64,000 bases of DNA, taken from assembly GCF_009834535.1 (NCBI RefSeq), contig NC_045707.1, positions 64,544,001 to 64,608,000 on the forward strand. The letters are read 5' to 3'. This stretch comes from Camelus ferus. Its lineage: Eukaryota. This document shows, piece by piece, positions 40,801-50,785 of the stretch (position 1 is its first letter; every line of letters begins with the position of its first letter). Below the pieces are notes generated by a model. The model made no database searches and was not told the DNA's origin. It worked only from the letters and a program-made list of their open reading frames with translations. A program made the position numbers and the translations under genes.

Positions 40801-41801
40801 TATCAGCCAGAGTCAGCCTTTAGCCGGTTGCCTGATCGTCTTGGAGGTGGGGTGGCATGTAAATAGAGGTGAAAATGATTTACTTTGTTTGGAGAAGGAC
40901 CAGAACATAGAGGATGCAAATGTTTTTATTGTAATGGATGAAAGAAGCAGTGATTCTACTAGGTGAAGTGACTTCCTTGTGGTTCTATCATCTAGAGTAT
41001 TTTGTGCTTAGCAGCATAGAGTCCGGAGGCACGTTTCTGATTCTTTACTGTCTTTTCCTTTAATTCTATAATTTTGTAAATTTTTTGCTGTTCTTTTAAA
41101 TCTATAAGTACTTAGTGTTTTTCAAGTGTGGTCATATGCCTTTGACATAGATGTGAAGAAACAGGTGTCCTGAGGATTCAAAGCTCTCTATTAAAGGCAA
41201 CAGGTGAAGGAATTTCGCTGTAAATAATGCATGTGTGTTTGAAAGAAAGTGACAAGTTCTATTTAAACAATATTTCTAAAATTAAGTTGCATCCCTGGGC
41301 ACTCAAAATAAAACATCAACTTTTACTCTTTACATTCTTAATCGTTAAAATACATGGTAAAAAAATTAATAGTTCTTTTGCAATTGTTTAAAGGCAAAAT
41401 AGTAAATAATATGAGCTTGTATGGATGCTTGAATCTTATTTTGTAGTTTTTCAAATAATGTAGCTTGGATATTTTAAAAATAATACAACATTTAATGCAT
41501 GATCTAATGCATTTTTAAGTAATGATCAGATCACTTTAGATCAGAAACCCATTCCATAACCCAGCAGTTGTAAAATATAATAACAATAATGCTAATAGTA
41601 ATATCATCATGTTTTGAAAGCTTACCCATTTAAAATACGTACTTTAATGGTTTTAGTGCATTTACAGAACTGTTAACATTGATACTTGATTTTTTTTTTT
41701 TGACTAATAAGATAGGAACTTTTGAGATGCCTGAATGATAAGTGTTCCAAGGCCAATAAAAACCATTCACATGTGCTGTGTTCTTCTGTTCCCTTCTCCA
41801 G

Positions 41802-41912
41802 AAATGCGTGCTTTACTGGCCAGAAAAGAGAGGAATATATGGGAAGGTGGAGGTTCTGGTTATTAACGTAAATGAATGTGATAACTACACCGTTCGAAAC
41901 CTCGTCTTAAAG
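41802..41912 (+). CDS. PTPRR: PTPRR coding exon (about exon 11)
   Basis: tccag|AAA...AAG|gtaag, 111 nt. Encodes KCVLYWPEKRGIYGKVEVLVINVNECDNYTVRNLVLK, with the KCxxYWP motif. Confidence 0.97.
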
Positions 41913-43278
41913 GTAAGACTGTGTAGCTGCAGGTGTCTACGAAGTAGACAGTGTGAGAGGGTGATATTGCTGCTTTAAATGATTTATCCTGAAAGTATTG
42001 CAGATTCAATTTAAACAAATTAAATAATATCAAGATCAAGGAGGAATTAACATCATCCCCTTTTCTATTTCTTTGTTGTCAGCTACTATCAGTATGTGGA
42101 AATAATTAAATTAATACAAGTAGACATTAAGGAAACTCACTAAGTAGGATGCTGTGATCTAATCTGCATACATGTAACATCCCTGATTTAACCTTTTGAC
42201 TGCTTTTAACTTAAGGCTTGTGCTGGAGACTTTATCATGATTTTTTTTTTAACGTCACTTTGGTCTAAGCAGATTTGAGTAAAGCCTGGAAACTGTGAAA
42301 GGGAAAATCTGCACTTGTGGGTGGCTGTGGGAGGCAAGAAAAGCCCGAAGTGTTGATAAGATCTTCCAAAACTTAGAGTTACAGTCATTTATAGGGACTT
42401 TCCTGGACCAGATTACGTCACAGAAAAGTTATCTTATTTAAATTACAGGCAGCAGATGCCATGGTATTGTTTTTACTTCTAGACAGCAATTCTCCCAAAG
42501 AATCCAGTTCTATCCAGAGCCTCGCTGCTGGGACAGCATCATGGCAGAGAGGACGGGAGTAGAGGCGGGGGTGCACTGATGGGTTTTAGTGGGAAGTTCA
42601 GGGCAGCAAGGCACTTACCAGGACCTGTCCTTTCACAGGCGTTCTTGAGTGCCTAGTCCATCACAGGCCCCCAGCTGGGCACTGGCTTTTGAGATGTTGT
42701 GCCTGGACCCTCACTCAAAATGTTTCTAATCTAGTGACCCCTTGTCACTCCTTTACTACCAGATTCCTCACTGCTGTCAAAAACTGGAATTTGCGATGAC
42801 TGTACAATTATTGGAGTGACTGAATATAAAGTTAAGTGTTCTTATATTGGTCAATATGTTCATAATAACCTGTCAGAAATGTTCTAAGAAGAAACCACAT
42901 TCCAGCCTGATTCTTTCTTGGCTTTATTTTCATCTACCCTTATGTTTATTGTAACAAATTACAAACATATATTTAGCATATGCACATTTTCTATATTGAA
43001 TGTATAATTTCTATATTAAGCCTATATTTCTATACTAGATATTAAATATGTATTTCTCGTTTAATAGAAGGAAGACTGTCAAACTTTGACCTCAGCATAT
43101 TTACAGGAAAGTTTTCTCAGGGTAAAAGAGTAGTCTTCAAAAATCCCCTAGGTTTTTTTTCCACCTAGAAGTAAGTTGCCAGCAAGATGGGAGTGATAGT
43201 CGGCATTCAGTCTTGCGGTTTGGATGACTTTTAGTCCCACAAGTAAATGAAGCATTTGGTGGCTGTTACTATTTCCAG

Positions 43279-43436
43279 CAAGGAAGTCACACCCAACACG
43301 TGAAGCATTACTGGTACACCTCATGGCCCGATCACAAGACTCCAGACAGTGCCCAGCCCCTTCTGCAGCTCATGCTGGATGTGGAAGAAGACAGACTTGC
43401 TTCTGCAGGCAGAGGGCCTGTGGTTGTCCACTGCAG
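43279..43436 (+). CDS. PTPRR: PTPRR coding exon (about exon 12): WPD loop and catalytic Cys
   Basis: tccag|CAA...TGCAG|gtaag, 158 nt. Encodes QGSHTQHVKHYWYTSWPDHKTPDSAQPLLQLMLDVEEDRLASAGRGPVVVHC(S). Confidence 0.97.
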
Positions 43437-43660
43437 GTAAGGGATGGACGGGCCCTTCTGCCAAAGCAACTGGCTACCCTTTGGAGAGTCATAGAGCAGG
43501 TGGAAGTTGGGTTTTGCTTCCTGCTTCTGACTTTGCTGATAAGTTAAATATGTGTTTAAACTGGTTAACTTCCTAATAGTTGAGCCTTGATCAAGACGAT
43601 ACTTAACAGAAATGAAGTGACATTATTGGCATGTTGTCAGCAAACAAGCACACAGTGGAG

Positions 43661-43793
43661 GGGGGAGGGTAGAGCTCAGTGGTAGAACACATGCCTAGCA
43701 TGCAGAAGTTCCCGGATTCAATCCCCAGTACCGCCACTAAAAACAAATAAATAAATAAAAATCTAATTACCTCCCCCTCACAAAAAAAAACCA
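43661..43793 (+). mobile_element. Camelid Vic-1-type SINE
   Basis: Head and tail; TSD aaacaa(g/t)cacacagtggag at 43642-43660 and 43794-43812. Confidence 0.95.
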
Positions 43794-45084
43794 AAACAAT
43801 CACACAGTGGAGAAAATATCACCTCTATAGTAATAAATAATACTATATAATATAAATATACAATAATATATAACAGCTCAGGGAACTGGAGACCTCATTC
43901 AGTCCTCTACCTTGAAACGCAGATTCATTTAGGCTCATCAGTCTCCTATGGGCCAGGAATGACATTTTTTTTTCATTATCAACAACTTTTTTGTTGTTTC
44001 AAGATGGCACCTGAACTTTACTCAGATTGTACCCTGATAACATTTATTATGTCAAATATGGTGAAAACCAGTCAATTATTCTAAAAAAAAAAAAAAGTTA
44101 ACCTCATGAAAAACAGGTGGAAATAAGTTTATGAAATGGGAAGTGGGCAAGTGGTAATTGACCAAGAGGGAAACAAAGCGCTGTGACCGGAGCGTGCGGT
44201 CCTGGAGGCCAGGCTGACGAAGTGACAGACGTCCGTGGTGGTTCTCTTCCCTAAGCTCTAGCCTGAAGGTCTTTCCCTCTGGCTTGTACCTCTTCCCCCT
44301 GGTTTTCCTGTTCGTGTGCCCAAACTAACGCCCATATTTTAAAGTTATTTATACAACCCATCATTTATCCTCCATACTTACTCTAATTAATTTGTGTTAT
44401 TTTACTTAACCTCCTAGGTCTTATAAGATAGCTTTTGATGATATTTTTAATTTAAAAAGGTGTATGACTTCAGATGATCGTGTTAGCCTTCTTTTGAACC
44501 TTAGTGGTTTAATTAAGAGCAAAATTCACTATCTGTCTATTTATCCAAAGCGTCATTATCTAGTTTGTAACATTAGGCCTTCTCCTAAACTTAGCCTGGG
44601 GCTGAAGAAAAGGACCGAATGGGCCATATTCTAGGGCTGGAACCGTCCCCCACCCAAAGCCATAGAACAGGATATCTAAAATGAACAAACCATTTCCCTC
44701 ATAAAACCAGGTCCCTTTCTGATTGCTGTTTCTAAGAATGAGACCATCTTTTTTCCAGGCACTCAACATCAAATGTTGACAGTTATCTTTGGCCCTTCTC
44801 TCAGCTCCAGCCTCCGTATCTAATCAGTCACCAGATTGGCTTTCCCTTCAAAGCTTCGCCCATAATCACCACTTCCTGCCCAACCACCCAAGTTCAGGCC
44901 CTCGTGACCTCACCCATGTATGTCAGAAGTAGTCGGCTAATTGCACACACACACACCCCAGTGCCCCGTGCTCCACCCCCACTGCCACTGACTGTGCACT
45001 GCTCCTGGGTGATGTGCCTAAGACCCTCCTTCATCACATGGGGCCTCTGCCCAAAACTTCTCAAAGGCTTCGTATTGCCTGGAG

Positions 45085-45270
45085 CAGAGACGTTCTTAAC
45101 CTCAGATCCGTGGATTAGCCACAGGGGTCAGTGAACTCCTCGAAACGACTTGAACAGATTTGGGTAGATCAAGTTAGGTGAATTTTCTGGGGAGCAAAAG
45201 CCCATTGTTTTCATCAAATTCTCAAAGAAAAAAAACAACCAAAAAAAAAAAAATAGAGTAGCATTGTTTT
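45085..45270. mobile_element. hAT-Charlie relic (MER103-like, uncertain)
   Basis: 'gttcttaacctcagatccgtgga...ttttctggggag...ttttcatcaaattctcaaag'. Confidence 0.45.
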
Positions 45271-45326
45271 TAAGGATGAAGTCCAAACCTCTTAGCTTTC
45301 CAAAAAAGATCCTTTATAGGCCCATG

Positions 45327-45470
45327 GATGGGAGGGTATAACTCAAATGGGAGAGCACATACTTAGCATGTACGAGGCCCTGGGTTCAATCCCCAGTACC
45401 TCTTCTAAAAATAAATTAAAAAAAAAAAAAAAACTAATTATCTCCCCCCAAAATAATACTTTCAAAAAAA
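45327..45470 (+). mobile_element. Camelid Vic-1-type SINE
   Basis: Head and tail; flanking repeat aaaaaagat..tttataggccc on both sides. Confidence 0.92.
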
Positions 45471-47314
45471 AAAAAAGATTTTTTTATAGGCCCCACTGTA
45501 CCTTCCCAGCCTTATCTCCCTTATCTGTTCTAGGAAAACTTCCTCAAGTCAAGCCACCCATTGTCACACATCGTGCTTTCTCATCTACAGCAGTTCTTTC
45601 CTTACACCAGTCATACATGGAACATTCTCTCTCATTCATGATTACCAAAAACCAAAACGTCTGCCATTCACAGGGTACAGCTCGGGTCCCGTCTCTTTAC
45701 CAAAACAAATTCTGGATAAACACTTCGACTGGAAGGGACTCATTCCTCCTCTGAATTCCTCTGCGCTCACATCCAACAGGAAAAAGGTGCCAAATAGGAG
45801 AAATAAGAGCTCTTTGAGCGCCACAAGGGGAACTATTAATTCAAATCATGAGGACTGAAGAAAGCCTTGAAAAGCTGGAAAAATGTTAAAACAGGATCTT
45901 GAAACAAGGACCAATGTTTGTGGTTTTAAAGATTGGTAGGGAGGGCATTCCTGAGTGAAGAAATACCATGAACCCAAAAAGGAAAATTGGAAAATAAAAG
46001 AGATGTTTCCAGTGATTCAAATGAAAGCAGTGGCCCAGAGGGTACAAGGTAGACAGCAAGAAAGACAGAAAGCTTGAAAGCTCGTCACATCCATATCATG
46101 CAAAGTCCTGAATATCGTGATAGGGTGCTTAGACATTGTGCTGTGACTCTTGGGAGCCAACTACACTTTTCGAGTAGAAAGTGACATGATCAGGTCCCTC
46201 GTTTAGAAAAATGAACCAAGCAGCTGTGTATATCATGAATTAGTCCAAGAAGAGACTGGAGACTTGGAAGCCATAATGAGATCATGGCTAATCATGAAGT
46301 AAGATTTCAAAAATGTGAGCACAGTTTATAGACAGGAAAGCATGGATCCCAGCAGCTTGGTAGAGGTGGAAAATAGAAGAACTGGTAGCAGATTGGAAGT
46401 GGGAGGTGAGAGAGGGGGAGATGTTGAAGACGGCTCCAAGATTTCTAGGCTGAAAAACTGGTGGCTGACTGGTAATGCCATTGAGGAAAAAGATAATTAA
46501 TTCTGTTTTAGGCACATTGGATTTAGATACATTGAGCGGCAGCAAGTGTGAAATAGAAGCAGCGAGAGAGCCAGCTGAGGGGCAGGATGTGGATCTAGAG
46601 TTTGGGAGACAGTTGGGGGATTTAATTGTAGATTTGAGAGAAATTTACAAAAGGGTGGTTGACATGGCAGAGAGACAGCAAGCTTGTTACGTTGATAGCA
46701 TACCGTCTAAAGGAGATTAGTGTGTAAACCTTCCAGAGAGGTAGTATTTCTAGTCAACTGTTAACCTTGATTAAAAAAAAAAGACTTGGAAATATGTGCC
46801 TCCAGCCACATCCTTTCTCCTAAACTGAACCAAATCTTCAGTTATCCGCTAGCACCTTCCACAGCAGTCTATCCAAGACCACACGCCCCACTCTCTCCCT
46901 CAGATCAGCCCTCATCCCAGAACCCCCCCTTGTCTGGATAGCACGACCATTCTTCCAGTCCCACCTTTGACTTTTGGCCTCTCTCACTGTTATACCTCCA
47001 CTCCTTCACTCTCCCGCTTGCGATGTGTGTTAAGTCCTTCCCCTCCTTGCTACTGCCCAGACCCGACCTAATTTCAGGCCTTGATTATTCTTTGTAGAAC
47101 AACTGATGCCTTTTCCACTCTTCCCCCCACCCACCACCTCCCTCCACCCCACTCATCCTCCTGCATGTGACTGCGGGGCAGAGTGTTGTGTAAGCACCCA
47201 GCACGGGGCCACGTTTGTACACTCCGTCCAGGAGGGCTGCTGCTACTGCTGCTGTGGGTGTTATTATTATTATTATGACTCCTGATGTTTCTACTTTTAA
47301 AAATACCCCTTTAA

Positions 47315-47516
47315 GGGGGGAGGGCATTGCCTAAGAGGTTGAACGTATGCTTAGCAGGCATGAGGTCCTGTGCATGAGGTCCTGGGTTCAACCCCTAGTA
47401 CCTCCTCTAAAAATAAATAAACAAACCTAATTACCTCCTGCCACCAAAAAAATAAATATTAAAAAAAAGAAAATACATTTTTAAAAATGAATGATAAATA
47501 AATATACAAATAAATG
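47315..47516 (+). mobile_element. Camelid Vic-1-type SINE with a 14-bp internal duplication
   Basis: TSD atacccctttaa at 47303-47314 and 47517-47528; 'gcatgaggtcctg' occurs twice in tandem. Confidence 0.92.
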
Positions 47517-48038
47517 ATACCCCTTTAAAAGAATCTTTTTTTTTAAAGTTCTTAGAATGCTAAAGGTGTAAGTGTTTCTAATTATTATTTTTAGGTATAA
47601 AATACCGTTTATAAAGAATGTAAAATTACTCTCTTCATTTCTAATGTTTGTACCATTTATTTTGGGGGACTATTATTATCACTATAGTAGCTGTGAAAAA
47701 AAATTGGTGATGAAACATTCTTGTTTCTGACATTAATTTAATTTCACTTTCTTTTCACCGCAGATTGTTTTTATTTTTAATAAAGGAGCATACTGTTGAT
47801 TACTTTAATAAGCTGTTTAGGTCCCCTAATTATTTTCTCCAGTCCTGTTGTCCTCTCCACCACCCACACCAGAGGCAGCAGTGTCTTGAATTTGTGGTGT
47901 GTTCTCCCACGCCGGGCTTCTGTATTGTTACAATGCTGTACAGATACATAAACGACACAGTGTTAAAAAAAAAAAAAGAATATATTTTATCTTTGCTATT
48001 TTTCCTGCACCTTTGAATTCCTTGTCTGTTCCTTTCAG

Positions 48039-48152
48039 TGCAGGGATAGGCAGGACGGGGTGTTTTATTGCTACGTCCATTGGCTGTCGACAGTTGAAGG
48101 AAGAAGGCGTTGTGGATGCTCTCAGCATCGTCTGCCAGCTTCGTGTAGACAG
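48039..48152 (+). CDS. PTPRR: PTPRR coding exon (about exon 13): rest of the P-loop
   Basis: ttcag|T...GACAG|gtgag, 114 nt, phase 2 to 2. Encodes (S)AGIGRTGCFIATSIGCRQLKEEGVVDALSIVCQLRVD(R). Confidence 0.97.
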
Positions 48153-48556
48153 GTGAGTGGCTGCCGGCTGGTGTCATAGACACTGCAGAGCGGCGTCCTC
48201 GTGACAGCCTGATCTGATCAGCCTGACTCGGTAAACGCCACAAGCTCTGAAGTCTTAATTCTCTATAGAGATCTTGTAAGATGCTCAATTAAGAAAATAT
48301 TATGTTTAAAAGCCATCGAAGAAAATACTCTTTGCAACACCGACTCTCAGGAGCCCAACACCAAAAGCTGATACTTAACCCCTCCGTGTCTGTCATGCAG
48401 GCTGTGCACGGGGGCAGCTGCTCCTCTTAGTCTCACCCCCATGCTCCTCTGGAGGTACGGTCTCACTTGACCTAACTGGATTTTCACTTTTGAATCTTGA
48501 TCTTTTAAAATGAGGCATATGTCCTGCTACCAAGAGTCTGGTTTTTTTTCACTTTG

Positions 48557-49440
48557 TTTTTTAATTGCAAAAAAATGCACATAACAAAATTTACCAGCTT
48601 CACCATTTTTAAGAGTACAGCTCAGTAGGGTTAAGTCCATTCACACTGTCATGAAGCCAATCTCCAGAACTCTTTTCATCTTGCAAAACTCTGTGCCCAT
48701 TCAACAGCAAATGTCCATTTCGTGGCAACCACCATACACTTTCTGACTCATATAACTGGAGTCATATAATATTTGTCTGTCTGTTACTTGCTTATTTCAC
48801 TTAACATAATACCTTCAAGACTCATCTGTGTTGTGGCATGTGTCAGAATTTCCTTCCTTTTTAAGGCTGAGTAATACTCCATTGTATATTTATACCACAT
48901 TTTGTTTATCCATTCATCTGTCAGTGGACACTTGGGTTGCTTCCACCTGTTCGCTGCTGTGAACATGGATGTACAAATAGCTATTTGAGATTCTCTGGGG
49001 TATATACTCAGAAATGAGATCGCTGACTTGAATGTTAATAATATGTTTAATTTTTCAAGGAATACCACACTTTTTCCTGCAGCAGCTGCACGACATACAG
49101 TCCTACCAACAGTGCATTAGGGGTTCCAACTTCCCCACACCCTTATCAAAACGTTATCTGTTTGGGTTTTTTTTAATTGAAGAAGAGTTGACTTATAATG
49201 TTGTGCTAGTTTCTGGTGTACAGCGCAGTGGTTCAGTTATACATATAGATATATTATTTTTTCATATTTTCATTATAAGTTTATTACAGAGCTTGAATAT
49301 AGTTCCCTATGCTCTACAGTAGGACCTTGCTGTTTTTTTTATATATAGTAGTTTGTATCTACTAATCCCAAACTCCTAACTTATCCCCCTCCCACCCCAT
49401 TTGGGTTTTTTTGAATAGCAGCCATCCTAATGAGTGTGAC
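48557..49440 (-). mobile_element. Old L1 (L1MB-like) 3' end with a nested younger L1
   Basis: 'cttatttcacttaacataat', 'ttccttcctttttaaggctgagtaatactccattgtat', 'gccatcctaatgagtgtga'. Confidence 0.9.
49174..49399 (-). mobile_element. Cetartiodactyl-type L1 3' end, 5'-truncated, nested
   Basis: 'gtttctggtgtacagcgcagtggttcagttatacat...tacagtaggaccttg...ctaatcccaaactcctaacttatccc'; TSD tttgggttttttt at 49161-49173 and 49400-49412. Confidence 0.88.
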
Positions 49441-50016
49441 GGGTAAGAGTCACTTTTATTTATAGATGGTTTGATCACCTTTGTGACGATCTCTGTTTAC
49501 GTGTTGAAAATAGAACAAACAAAAAATTTCTTTCCTTCCTTGCTCTACAGCTAAGCCTGGGGAAGTGAACAGTTGAGTCGGTGATGGAGAAAGTGAACAG
49601 ATAGGTGCCTGTTGAGATCAGGCACAGAGAGAAAGATGCTGTCTGGGCACGTGAGCAGTGGTCCTCCCCGCTCCGCAGTTCCCTGTGCTATCGTGGGAGG
49701 AGAGTTGTCCTGAAAGGCTGGAATATGAGTTTTCTTCTTCCTTTCAGACAGAGAATATTTATCAACCACTGCCTAACCCCAAGGCATTCTTCTAGATGCT
49801 ACAAGTACAGCATTAAACAAAGTGAATGAGGCTCTGCTCTCCTAGGGCTTACATGCCAACAGAGAAAGAGAGGAGTTAACCAATGGCAAAGAAATAAACA
49901 GGATGCTTTCAGACAGAGATAAATGCTACGAGGTAATAAAACAAGAGAATCCCAGGAGCTGAGCCTCCTGGAATTTAGCCCTATGACCCAGAGTTTCCTA
50001 AAAGTAAAAGTATATA

Positions 50017-50162
50017 GTGGGGAGGGCAGAGCTCAGTGGTAGAGCACAAGTGTAGCATGCACGAGGTTCTGGGTTCAATCCCTGGTACCTCCTCTAATAA
50101 ACAAATAAACCTAATTACCCTTCCCCCCAAACAAGAACTGAAAAAAAAAAAATCTTAAAAAA
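50017..50162 (+). mobile_element. Camelid Vic-1-type SINE
   Basis: Head, 'aaacctaattacc' tail and A-runs; TSD aaaagtatat at 50006-50015 and 50163-50172. Confidence 0.92.
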
Positions 50163-50559
50163 AAAAGTATATGGCACCTCTTAAGATTGGTTCAATAAAT
50201 ACTGACTGAGCACCTGCTATGTGCTGGGTCCTGGAATTTCAGAAACAAACAAAAGGTTTGTTCTAAAAATTCAATGAGAAAGAATATATAAAGCGCTTAG
50301 AACGGCGTCTGGCCCACAGCAAGCCTTCAGTAAATGTTCCCTGTTGCTATCATCTTCCTTATTATTAAAATTATCAATCAAATTTCTCCTGTCTTTAAAA
50401 ACGAAACCTTCAGATCCCCTTTCTGGGTGATGTTTTCCCTCCCCTTCCCTATCATTCCTTGTTTCCTTTTAAATAATAATTTCTAAGTCTTGGTAAGTCT
50501 ATCTCCCCCCCTGTTTTTGTCTTAACTTTGACTGGCTTATTAGAGGCTGTTGACCATGG

Positions 50560-50785
50560 TGGTTAAGATTATGGGCTCTGGAAACAGATTGTGTGGGTCT
50601 GTATCCCGGCCCCACCACTTCCTGGTGGTGTGGCCTCCAGCGAGTTACAAGAATTCTCCATGCCTTGGTTTTCTCATCTGGAAAATGGAAGCAATAATAG
50701 AATCTACTTCCTATTGTTGTTACAAGGAGTGAGAAATCGTCTGTAAAGGGCCTGGCACCGAGTTTAGCCACAGGTGTTATCAGTA
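50560..50785. mobile_element. MIR SINE
   Basis: 'ggttaagattatgggctctgga...ccttggttttctcatctggaaaatgga...tgtaaagggcctggcac'. Confidence 0.8.

Noticed and set aside
45347..45754. 135-aa ORF
   Set aside because: Starts inside a SINE; the poly-Lys stretches come from A-tails.
48039..48043. Alternative acceptor AG 5 nt into the exon (cag|tgcag)
   Set aside because: It would frameshift; the upstream AG restores HCSAGIGR exactly.
47830..48288. 152-aa antisense ORF over a PTPRR exon
   Set aside because: Explained as the shadow of a GC-richer coding exon; no recognisable homology or gene structure.
32492..50162. Apparent cluster of tRNA-Ala genes
   Set aside because: Copies have A-tails and stem-breaking mutations, and most have TSDs and a shared non-tRNA tail, so they are SINEs.
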